64,000 nt of DNA from Podospora anserina (Eukaryota). Positions 50,496 to 61,497 of the stretch are shown here, one piece after another. Under the pieces are notes generated by a model. It did not search any database. It saw only the letters and a list, made by a program, of their open reading frames with translations, and was not told where the DNA came from. The position numbers and the translations under genes were made by a program. Each line of letters begins with the position of its first letter. Position 1 is the stretch's first letter. Location of the stretch: assembly GCA_017654855.1 (NCBI GenBank), contig CM030336.1, positions 868,001 to 932,000 on the forward strand, in the 5' to 3' direction.

Positions 50496-51502
50496 TCTGG
50501 GGTTGGAGGTGGGCACTGTCAAGGAGGTGGGGGGGTGTTTGGACTTGATGGGGGATGAATATTTTGAGAAGAGGTGGATGCCGGGGAGGCATGGGCTTGG
50601 AAACTGGATGCAGAGTTAAGCGCTGTGGTTCCTACAAGACGTTAGGTTATCTGTACGCGAGGAATAGAGGCAATTGATATGTGTCGTTTCCATTTACAGA
50701 ACGGGCTGAATCTTAGATGAAGAAGCTGTCTCCTGCTTGATGCATGCGTCTTGAGCCTGACGCTATCAGCATGCCGAGATGTAGGACGCCGATATTCTGA
50801 CCGGTCGCCGACGTTGAAAAGACAGCAATGATGCTTGCTTTCTTTTCGCCGAGACCATAATCGCTCAACCAAGGGAACGCAACCTCAAGCCATTCTCTTA
50901 CCGAACGCCACCGGAAAGCCCGATCAAACCATATTCCCATCATCGACTATCCAAAGCGGAAACCTGAAGCGATTTTCAGGCCCGCGGTCCCGCCGTTGCC
51001 TTACCACGAAAGGGAAAAAAAACGGGGGAATGATACTGCAGCTAGAGCCTCCAGCTGAGTTCTTGTTAGGTTGTCTTCTGGCAGGGTTTGCCAAGTCTGC
51101 GGCTGGGGTGTGGTGTAGCGAGTCTTGGTCGGTGATACGTCGATCTGTAGGCTACGGTTACATTTAGGGGGTTTGTTGAGCTGTCAATTCGTTCGCTTCC
51201 ACAGAGTCAAAATCTGGGGTTGGGCACTAGACTGCTAGGGGCAAGTTCGGAACCAGATGATACGGGTCGGAGTTCCTGGATCGTTGTTACATGGTTGTTG
51301 CTATTTCTGAGTTTCGTGCACGGTGAGGTGTTTGCTTGTGTCTTGGGTCTCGGTTGGGATCTTGGTTGTAAAGAGAGCGGTGGTTGTGGCTTCAACAGGC
51401 AGGCGAGGGAAGTATGACTTCGACAGGCGAAAGGGGAAAAACAGATGCAGAGGCTAAGGGGTCGGTCAAGGTCTGAGGGCGAGCGAAAGGGTCAGAGAGA
51501 TC

Positions 51503-51510
51503 TATAAAAG
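51503..51510 (+). promoter_or_regulatory. TATA box of the small Cys-rich peptide gene
   Basis: TATAAAAG about 115 nt upstream of the ATG at 51619 (CAACATG context). Confidence 0.5.
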
Positions 51511-51618
51511 ATGTCTCCCCGCCCTTGATGACAGCGAGAGTCTCTCAGCTTCTCATCATCCACCAGACATCTTCTTTCAAACCCTCTCAACTTTGTCCTA
51601 CTCCTTTCAAAATTCAAC

Positions 51619-51883
51619 ATGCAGTTCCAGTACCTCCTCACCATCCTCGGCGCGACACTCGCCATGGCTGCCCCTCCCAAGGGAATCGGACTCGTCGATA
51701 CCCTTCAGCCTGTTGACAAGGAAGGCGGCTGTGTCCCGGCCTCTTGCACATCGTTTGGTTGCTGCTCTGGCAATTGCGGATACTGGTGTGTAAGTATTGA
51801 CCTGGATGACTTCTTGAAGTTTGGTCTCGGATGACTGACGGGTCGAATCACAGCGCGCGTGCGGCATTGATTACAGCTGCTAG
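51619..51883 (+). CDS. Small secreted cysteine-rich peptide (66 aa, 8 Cys). Exons 51619-51789, 51854-51883
   Basis: Signal peptide + propeptide + GGCVPASCTSFGCCSGNCGYWC|RACGIDYSC*. Intron GTAAGT...CTGAC...CAG. Confidence 0.8.
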
Positions 51884-52596
51884 GTTGGGGTTGTTGCGAA
51901 ACTTCTTAAGGGCTTTGGAGGGCATGCGAAGGGGGTGGTTGTGTTGTGGCGGTTGGTGGTGTTTTGGGGAGGTTGACTGCTGGAACGAAGGAATTACAAG
52001 GGCTGCTGGTGGGCGTCTAGACCTCCAGAGCTTCCGTTGGACTTGAGCGCAGATGTTTAAATCCAATAAAGTCTCATTATACTAGGATGCCTGGTGAGGG
52101 TTATCTACGTGGTTCATCGTGAGCCTGGTGCTAGCCTGGTATCCGTTACTGGCTACAACGCCCCAGCGGGTTTACTCTCCGATATTCTTCTCCAGGCATC
52201 CGCAGCATCAATTGAGTCGCGACATTGCATCTTTATTCTCAGGCCCCCACCGACCCCCCAATCTTTCTGTACTTTTAGGCTGACATAACTCACGATTTTG
52301 AGACTGAATCTCGAATCACTTGTCGAACTGGGCGCAGAGATTCATGCCGCAGGACCAATATGGAAGACTTGGCGAGGGCTATGCAAGCCACAATCCGGGG
52401 GGTGTTTTCATGATCCCATTCGACAGCTTCCCCGCGCAAGTAAGGCTCTGCCCTGCTCAGCGTGGTGTCTGAGGGGACAAATTGTTCAGCCGTTTATTTC
52501 CCCGCGATCGTCCATAGCAGGAGACCAACTGAGTCCGCAACCTGTCTTCCTCGATCCAAGATCACAACCAACTGGCCTTTGAGGACTGATGAAAAC

Positions 52597-54472
52597 ATGG
52601 TCGATCTTTTACTGTTCACATTCCTTCTGATCAGGGCGGCTGTCGCGGCAAGTTGCGCGGATGGAAACACAATTCAATTCCGCGTTGGGAACTGTACAAT
52701 CCGGTCGCCAAACGAGCCAGAGGTGCAGTCTTGGGGAGCCGAAGTTGCTCTTAACAATGAGAGAACGATATGGTATGTCACGACGGACCCCCCTTGCATT
52801 TGAGACATGCATGGGGAACATGCACCCGGGGATGATCTTCCCCTCTTTGGTCTTCGCTAACATAGCAAAAGCATGGTTCCTTCAACGGTGCTCAACGATA
52901 CCTTCTTAACGACAACCAGTCTTTGCCAGTCGTCCGAGCAACTCAAAGTCCACCAAGTCGACATGACCCCAGCGCAGTGTGCCTCGAGAAGGGGAGGACC
53001 AGTTTCTGCCGACAAGTTCAAGGGAGTGCCACTCAGCAATCTGGTGCAGAATCCAGGATGGACCTTACTGAACAACACTATTGAGGGTGCCGTCGAGGTG
53101 AGCATGCAGCTGTCAAGACAGGCCATCACAACAACTGTCGGATTGATCACCAAAGGCCAAAACTCGGCAGCATCTCATCTAGGGCTTGCAACAGACTCAT
53201 CCATCTTGAAGGTACTAAAGGGTCAAGGTTTGATCGTCGCAAGATCGTTTGGATTGAACGTTGGATCGCAAAGTGTTCAGTCGCCGCGAGGTGGAAGTCT
53301 TGTGCTCGGAGGCTACGACCAAGGAAGTGTTGCCAATCCATTCCTTCACGAATTTCCGATTCCGCAAAACGACAGACTCCAGGATCGGCATTGCCCCCTG
53401 CAGGTCGAACTAACTGGACTGACGCTTGAGATAAAGATGGCAAATGCGAGTGAAACAGAAAGCAGGGACATCTTCAGCAAATCAACCGGAATAACAGTCT
53501 GTGTTGAGCCGTAAGTATTAGTCCTCTCTTCAAGCAACAAAACGGTTAGCTAACGCGTCAAACACAGATACGACAATTTGTTCCGCTTGCCCTCAGAAAC
53601 CCTCTCCGCTTTGCTCGGCTATGTGAACCAAACCACTGAACAACGCACCCACTTGGTACCAGTTACTGAGTATGCAGACGAGTTGGTGAATCTCGAGCCT
53701 GGTTTGGTCTATCGGAGATCATCTGGAGAGTTCAACGCGGCGCTACGGTTCACCATCAATGACAAGATGACAGTGGAGGTGCCATTTCACGAGCTTCAGA
53801 GACCATTGAGGGGCCTTGATAGCAACGGGGCTGCCGTTTTGAACACATCCTATAACGAACTGCAAATCTTTGGTGATCCAGCTCCTGGAAATGCGCCAGT
53901 CCTGGGGAAAGCTTTTCTTTCACAGGTGGGTCTCATCGTCCTTTTTTTATGACAGGGTTCTCCCTACTCACTCATGTTAGGTGTATCTTTTCGTCGATTA
54001 CGATGCTGGAAAGTTCTATATGGCACCTCTGAACAGCGAAGCGGGTGCGGTGCTGCCGGTTGCGACAGGAACTTGTCCCTCAGGGGGGCTGACAGCCACC
54101 GAAAAAGGCCTTATCGCTTTGGGGGCCGTCTTGGGTGCTCTGGTTCTTGCTATTCTCGCATGGGCTATCTATAGATGGCGCCGAAGACGCAACCCACGCA
54201 TCAACGGCACAGAGGCTCAAGCTATGGACCATGCTCCAGGTAATGCGACATCTGGCGCACAAAATCGATCAGTTGTGGGAACTGGTCAGTTTTCAAGTCG
54301 GAACAGGTCCCGAGAGATGCAAGACACACTGTCACAGAACTCGGCCGCGGGTGCGGATAGTGGTTTTGCCATTGGACATGCACCTTTCGGACATCTTTCA
54401 CGGCAATCTGTGGAAACTGGACGGAGTTATGAGAGTCCACCACATAGGCCAACTCATACCGGGATAGTATAA
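52597..54472 (+). CDS. Pepsin-fold (peptidase A1-like) type I membrane protein, catalytic motifs degenerate, 4 exons
   Basis: Signal peptide, HLGLA, GSLVLGGYD, VLGKAFLSQ|VYLFVDYD, TM helix followed by RWRRRR. No DTG/DSG motifs. Confidence 0.75.
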
Positions 54473-54828
54473 GTGAAAACATAAGGTGAGATCAGGGAAG
54501 GCCATTTGCTTGCTACTTGACAGCTGGCGAATGAATCTGTGTACCTCTGAGACGATAACTTTAGGCATCAACTCCATGGAGTAAGGAACCCATGAGCCAA
54601 CGAACTCTTGGTTTCATTTTGGGTGCCTGGGAATTGACGCGCCCGATCCAAACCAGGCCTTTTCGGGCATCCATGGGGCTGAGCCAGCCCGTACTGCAGC
54701 ACCTCAATATACCTAACTTGCCCTTATATCACTGAGGCCTCCCCCCCTACCTTGCACATGCCGTGCCTCCTTCCCCGCAGTTTTCTCCACCATCCAGTAC
54801 CGTGCTCTCGGGATTCAACAAAGCTTCC

Positions 54829-56982
54829 ATGGATCCACTGACCATCACTACCTCGATCCTCACTGTGGGCGCAACCCTTCAACAAGTCATCAACCTTCTG
54901 GGCAATTTCACCAACGCCGGCACAAAGATCGCCGAGATACAAAGGGAGCTGAATCTCACCGCTGGCGTGCTGAATTACATCCAGGAACAGGAAAACAACA
55001 ACAACTCTCCCCCGACGTTATCGATCGACGACAATGCAGGGCGGCCAAGCCGGAGGAGGTCTAACGCGGGCGTACACCTATCAAATATTCTACGGGACAA
55101 TATCTCACAGTTACAACTCGACCTACAATGTTTTGCTGGAGAGCTGTCCAAGCTGGCGAAACCATGTTCGTCTGGGTCCAAAGTTGGAAGGGTTGTGGCC
55201 AATGGAAAGGTGGCGTGGAAGTTGTCCTACCTCGAAAAGATGCAACATAGCATCGTGAACAAGCGCAAGGAGCTGGAGTTCATTCGGAACAGTCTGGTGG
55301 TGTAGGTGTATCTCCGCTTGCTAGCATCATCGAACTAACATCGTTTCAGTGACAGGAGAAACGACCGCGCACCCTCCGAACGACGCAAATCTGCAGATCG
55401 AGTTGCCTCCGTTTTCTTTGCGCTGGCTCGCCAGTTCAACGACCACATCTCCAACACCCGTTTGCCTCCACCTAGTCACGATGCCCAAGAGATATTTGTC
55501 AAAGCAGTGAGAAGGAGGAAATGGCGTGAGGTTGAAGGGCTGCTCGAACAAGTACACCCGGACTTCACGCTGGGGTCGATGGAGGGCGAGCTGTTCCCCC
55601 TCCATGTTGCTGCGATGCTTGGAGATTTGGTCATGGTCGAGCTTCTCATGTCGTACGGTGCGACAGTGGATTGTCGCTCACAGGACAACAAAACACCACT
55701 CATGGCGGCCATCGAACACGACAAATCTGTAGTAGCCCTGGCCTTGGTACGTCGTGGAGCGGACGTAAATACATCAGATTCACGAGGACGGACCCCTCTG
55801 CACATGGCGGCCAGGAAGAACTCCAAAGCTGTTGTTCAGACTCTGTTGAACAATGGCGCCGATCCCAACGCATATGATATTGACGGCAATACCCCTCTCA
55901 TGGATGCTGTTTGTCGCGAGGACAGGGAGATTCAACCAACCGACACAAGTGTACTCAGGGTTTTGCTTCAGCCAAACGGAAGTACTGTAGCAGCCGACCC
56001 AACTCTTGGAACCAAAAGCAAAGACTACACGCCGCTTCATCATGCAGCTGCTGAAGGATGGCTAGAGGATCTCCGAATCATTATGAAGCTCTCCCACTCT
56101 CGACGAGCCCAGGAGTGCTTGGTGCTTGATTCCAGGGGCCGCACGCCCCTTTGGTTTGCAGCGAAAAGCGGTTCTCTACAAGTCGTGGAATTCCTTGTCC
56201 AAACTGGCGCTGATTTTAATCGGCATTCCAGGGACAATGAGAAGCCGACAGTACTTTGGGCTGCTGCCAACAACGCTGCGACAGCAGAGTACTTGTTACG
56301 CTCCGGGGCCGACCCAAATCAACCCAACAACGAGGGCTACACGCTATTACACCGTGCATGTTGGTCGGGAAACACCATCCTCGCTGAATTATTGCTACGA
56401 CACAAGGCAGATGCCACGGTCAGGGACAAGGACGGAATGCAGCCCCTGCACTACGCTTCAAGGGAAGGGCACGAGGCACTGGTCGAAATGCTGCTTCAAA
56501 GCAGTGGTATTGATATCAACTGTGTTGACAACACCGGCACCACTCCCCTCATGCTTGCTGCTGACCAGGGCCACGATTTCATCATCAAACTCCTTATCAG
56601 CTATACCCCTGCTGCGGACTTTAAACATAAGGATGTCTTTGGCTGTGACTCGTTCTACATTGCTTGCGCCAGGGGTCATATCCTCTGTGCAGCATATCTT
56701 CTGGGATGTGGCGCTGACATCAATACTCGGAATGCAAAAGACAACACTCCACTTCATGCTGCGGTCAAGGTTGGGATGAAGGATATGGTGGGCTGGCTGC
56801 TGAGGATGGGGGCTGACAAAGGGGTGATGTCGAAGCAGCCGTTTGATGGAATGGATGTGAAAGGGACGCCGCTGGAGATTGCGAAGTCAGAAGGGTTCGA
56901 CGAGATTGTAGAGCTGTTGGAAAGTTGGGAGAGTGATAGGGGGAGGAAGGAGAGGTATACTGCTACCAGGGTGGCTTTATGA
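54829..56982 (+). CDS. SesA/HeLo-like N-terminal helical domain + ankyrin-repeat protein. Exons 54829-55301, 55350-56982
   Basis: MDPLTITTSILTV...IAEIQREL N-terminus typical of fungal STAND-associated N-domains; roughly a dozen ankyrin repeats (GRTPLHMAA, GNTPLMDA, GMQPLHYA, GTTPLMLAA, DNTPLHAA). Confidence 0.85.
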
Positions 56983-57096
56983 CGGTATCTAGTCAGCCAT
57001 AAAGTCAAGGCAGGTCCCTACAAAGGTCCCAGGCATACACTTTCAACTATATGTGAATTAGACGGCCGGCGAACCATATGCTGTAAATGCCAGCGA

Positions 57097-57798
57097 GTGT
57101 ACAAGGGAGTTGAAAATGCACCTTATCCAGGGACCGTCTTCCTCGCCCGGACAACCCACCTCTCCTCAACACCTCCACCCTCTTCAACGACAATTCCACC
57201 ACACCAAAACATACAACTTCAATTTCAACTACCGACTCTTCGTCCCCGAACTCCTACAGCCCATCACCAACCTCCACTCACGACTTCAGAATCCGTCCTC
57301 CCCACGCAGACAACCCACCGGTCCTCAACAACCACACACCCTTTTCAACTACAATTCCTCGCCACCAGAGTAACATACCACTTCGATTCCAACTACCAAC
57401 TCTTCATCCTCGAACATTTACAACCCATCACAAACCCCCATCCCGCGACTTTTGCCGTCACAAACCCCCATTTCACGACTTTTCCCACAACCAAAGCCCT
57501 CACAATGGACTACCTCACAACCGCCCTCAGCAAAGCCCTCTCCTCCCTCCACCAACTCCAACAAGCCACCACCACCCGCATCACCATCACCAACACCACC
57601 TCCCCCATCAACATCCACAACCAAGCCCTCGAACTCCTCAACGACCTCTCCGAACTCATCAACGAGGGTAAGTCTTTTAAACCCACCCTTTTCCAGACCC
57701 ACACAACACAATCATTAGTGCTTTTCTCCCTACCTACACAAGAGTTGGGCCTATTCTACCTAATTTCTAGTCTATTCCAGGGCCTGGAATTGTACTAG
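57097..57798 (+). other. Low-complexity ORF or possibly truncated gene running into an AT/TpA-rich tract
   Basis: C/A-rich coding-like composition, a GTAAGT donor near 57668, then TpA-rich sequence at about 57715-57835. Confidence 0.3.
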
Positions 57799-58412
57799 AA
57801 CTAACTAAAATACCTTGATAGACTTGAGAATTAGTACCGGTGGGATCATGCCCAACTCTGCCCTACACTTCCATCTCTGTCGAGTTATTCATCACCACTT
57901 TTTCATATGTTTTGGCGCTCGCTAGTGCTTTTGTCCCCGCTCAAAAACGAATCATATCGCGAACAAACGCCTAGCTTCCTCGCTCTTGCAAGCAACTGGC
58001 GATGCTCGCGGAGGCCATGAGCAAACCGCGGTTGTGTCGCCCGCAGACGCGCCGGCCGGTCGTTTGTTAGCGGCCGAGAGGGAAAACGTCCTTGTCGTTT
58101 TTGACATTGTTGTTGAAGACTTTCAGCAATGTAGACTCATGGAGGTGACGAGGATGCTTAGGCTTGATCACGGCAAGGTGGTCAACACCGCTAGGATAGG
58201 GGGCAATCAACGGCTTTTCGCCGTGTAAAGGATGCGGATTTATCAATGGATTGTTCAATGATAACTTTTTGGCATTGCAGTAACCGAAGCATGCAGACCT
58301 AGCCTTTGTCCCGAAAAGAAAATAACGCTACCCATCACAATAATATCATCCTGTATTACGTCCATCGTTCCTCCCATCCTCTCCTTCAATAACAACGATT
58401 CATCTGCCCATC

Positions 58413-59450
58413 TTACTCCTCATCACCGATCCTGATTCTCCCCTCAGCGCCCAATCCATGGGACCACCATCCACCCACATCAACATTGGTCTCAGCCAAC
58501 GAGCGATGGCTGAAGAGAAGCCAGAGACCAAAGACAGGCTTGGCGAGGATGTCGAGAACAGCGTAGATCAAGATCTCGGTATCAACAGTAGTGCGATGAG
58601 CGCCGTCAGCAATGCCCCAAACACTATTTCCAACAGTCAGCAACAAACTTCACAATCCAAGTCGTAGGGTAGACTCACATGGGATAAGCAGTCCACAACA
58701 CAAACGTAAACAGCGCCAAAGAGCTAAACAGCCTCGTCACACCCCTCCCCTTGGCAGTCACAGTCCGAGCACCATGGAGAGCCACATGCCAAATAACAAA
58801 CAGGTACGACACACACCCAATGGCATACCATCCCCACCTCTGAGTAGCTGTCTCACCCTGCGAGGCGAACAGTCCGCTCAACACCATAATCACATCAGCA
58901 ATAACAGCCATGAGGGTATGAGCACCATCAATACCGGCCAACAAGGACAGGTCCAGCAGGAGCAGCGGCGTGGTGATGGCCCAGTCAACATATCTCCCCC
59001 AAAACACCTGACGGCATTCAGTGTATCCAACGTCGGGCACGTGCTTATGGTGGTCCTTGGCCGGGGTGCAGCTGAAGCTCGTGGCGTGGCCAGAGGCCAT
59101 GGCGAAGTAGCTGAGGGAGGCGGTGATGGTGATCAGGGTGGTAATGACATGGTAGAGGCGCTTGGAGATGGGGACGTTCCATGACATGAAGGCGAAGAAG
59201 CCCGAGGAGAGGACCATCAGGGCGAAGACAACCCATAACGTCCGGTGGCCTGTCTCGCCGATTTCTTGAAACTGTGGGGGTGTTGCTGTGCGATGAAGGT
59301 GTTAGTTCCAGATGTGGTTTGTGGTCTAGAGAAGAGGGACCTACGGATAACAGTGGGAATGGGACCGGGACTGTCTGTATGCGTCGGCTTGGCAGCTGCA
59401 GCGCCAGCATAGCCGTAGAGCATTTCCGCAACTTGATCGTGGTGGATCAT
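58413..59450 (-). CDS. nop-1: Microbial (type I) rhodopsin/opsin, NOP-1-like. Exons 59450-59345, 59285-58679, 58623-58413
   Basis: PGPIPTVI|PTPPQFQEIGETGHRTLWVVFALMVLSSG N-terminus like Neurospora NOP-1. Helix C RYVDWAITTPLLLLDL; helix G LDILAKPVFG with the retinal-binding Lys. Confidence 0.92.
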
Positions 59451-60649
59451 CTTGATGGATAGAGAGTAAACCGGGTGTTGATATCGAGACAACACACTTT
59501 GTTGAGTGATAGAGAAGAAAAGTCCAATTGTTGTTCTAGACAACAGCTGATGGCCATAATAAAGCCCAAGAACACGGCCAGGACGCGAAGCATTCGCCTC
59601 CCCCCAACGGTTCGGTCATCTGGTGCACCACGCAAGCTCCCGATGTAAGAGCGACGTCATCTATTTGTCCTGTGGTTGGAGTTTCAGGCAACAGGTACCT
59701 CAACAACCCCGCAATGACCTACCTTGTGAGCAAGTACCTGCCCGTATGGATGCGGGGAAGGAGTCACGGAGTTCAAGATTCAACGGCCCGTGGCTGCCCA
59801 CTTGTGCAAAACAACAAGGGCATTGAGGGGGTTGAAGGAATCCGATTTGATAATGGGAGAAATGCAAGACCAATGTTTCTGCATGCAATATCCAATGGCA
59901 GTGGGAGCTGGGGTGTGCTTCACCGAAGAAGAGCTCGGCCGCATGCTTGAAAGCTTGACTCTGCTGAAGATCAAGGTGTCTTTGCCGTGTTGAAGCGACA
60001 AAGTCCGAGAACTGGCTTTTGGCGGGGTAATGCCGATCTCCTGGTAGGTAGGTAGCTTGCTTGAACGTGACACCTGACAGCTTTCAATGTTCTCGCATGG
60101 ACCAGCAACTTCGAAGCCAGTGGTTTCATGATGCTGAGCCTTCTCCCATGTTTAACAGATGTTCAACTGAATGCCAAGCTCGCTGGCAGCTCCAAGCTGT
60201 TTCGAGATAAATCTGACCAACAGCATCAGCATGATTGGTGAGAACAGCTAACTTCTGGTGATTTGTGGCTCCATCAGCCCCACAGCGGCCCTCGCTAAAC
60301 TTTCAGACCAAGCAGTGATTGGCTGGAGTGTGATGGCCTGGACCGCATGTGTCCCCACTACGTCATACCATCCACAGGTCTTACGCCTTTGAGCTCCATC
60401 AAAGCTTCGAAAGAAGCATTGCACTCCGCCCCAGCGGGCGGCCTGACTGGCCAACAATGAACTGAAAGGGGACAGGACAGTCACCTATTTACCTTCTGCC
60501 ACCTGCAGCCTCTGTTTCACCCTCAAACAACAACAGCAAGCCACCAAGGAACCTGATCCACGATCCCATCTCGATTTGAGATCCCCGACACTACTTCAAC
60601 TTTAAACTTCAGATCTATCCAAACCATCAATACCTACAGCACCTCCAAC

Positions 60650-61114
60650 ATGTCTTCAACCACAATGAACTGCCCCGTCGTTGGAACCACCAACACCACT
60701 CTGCCCCCTTCGCACCCAGACATCGATCTGAACAAGCCAGGCCAGACCTGCCCTGTCGTCGGTGCTACAACGGACCACCACCACAACCTTCACAAGCACC
60801 CTCAAGTTCCCCACCCCGGACTCTCCACCGAGCACAACCACGACGATGCGAACGCCTGCCCCGTCTTGACGGGCAAGCTCGTCAACGAGCCCAAGAGCCA
60901 GCAAATGGATGATCAGGTCTGCCCTGTCGTAGGAACTGCCACCACGGTTCTCCCTCCCGATCACCCTTCCACTGAGGGCAAGGCAGGCGATGCTATCTGC
61001 CCGGTGACCAAGGCGAGGGTTGACCACCACAAGGGGAAGCTGCATGGGCACCCTGACGTGAGCCATGCTAGTGCTGGGGCTGTTTGCCCTGTTGCTGGAG
61101 TCAGGGCCTCCTAA
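60650..61114 (+). CDS. 154-aa His-rich protein with six CPV motifs (heme-regulatory-motif-like)
   Basis: Intronless ORF with CAACATG start context. All 6 Cys are in CPV; 15 His; two-fold internal duplication. Confidence 0.8.
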   Translation: MSSTTMNCPVVGTTNTTLPPSHPDIDLNKPGQTCPVVGATTDHHHNLHKHPQVPHPGLSTEHNHDDANACPVLTGKLVNEPKSQQMDDQVCPVVGTATTVLPPDHPSTEGKAGDAICPVTKARVDHHKGKLHGHPDVSHASAGAVCPVAGVRAS

Positions 61115-61361
61115 ATCATCAAGGAAGGTCCCAACTGTCTGGGACCGAGTTCGTTGATTCTGAGCTGTCACATCTTGCGCGTTTGCGGAGAGATCATTCA
61201 TACTGGACTGCGATCTTCTTTGTTTAGCTACATGTATGAACCTGAGAAGTCACAATATGAATCAGATAAAGGACAACACTCGCAAGTTGCAACATACACA
61301 TGAAATGAGTGTATGGGTAAAACATACTAGTGGTTATTGCATGTGTTAAGAAAATGAAAAA

Positions 61362-61497
61362 TGGACGTACCGGGGTTCGAACCTGGGACCTTCACATAGA
61401 GCATTGTATCATTCAAACCCTTCCATCTGTCTTGCAACAGCTTCAGTGAGAGAACATTGTTTGCAAATGAGACGTCGTACCACTAAACCACACGCCC
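61362..61497 (-). tRNA. tRNA-Ala(TGC) with a long intron (about 60 nt); possibly a pseudo-tRNA
   Basis: GGGCGTG/TACGTCC-A acceptor with the G3:U70 Ala determinant, TGGTTTAGTGG A box, TT-TGC-A loop, GGTTCGAACC B box. One mismatch each in the anticodon and T stems. Confidence 0.8.

Noticed and set aside
45623-51883. Secondary-metabolite gene cluster (hydrolase, FAD oxidase, peptide; also P450 and MFS elsewhere in the window)
   Set aside because: No PKS, NRPS, terpene synthase, DUF3328 or pathway transcription factor in the window, and the peptide lacks RiPP-type core repeats.
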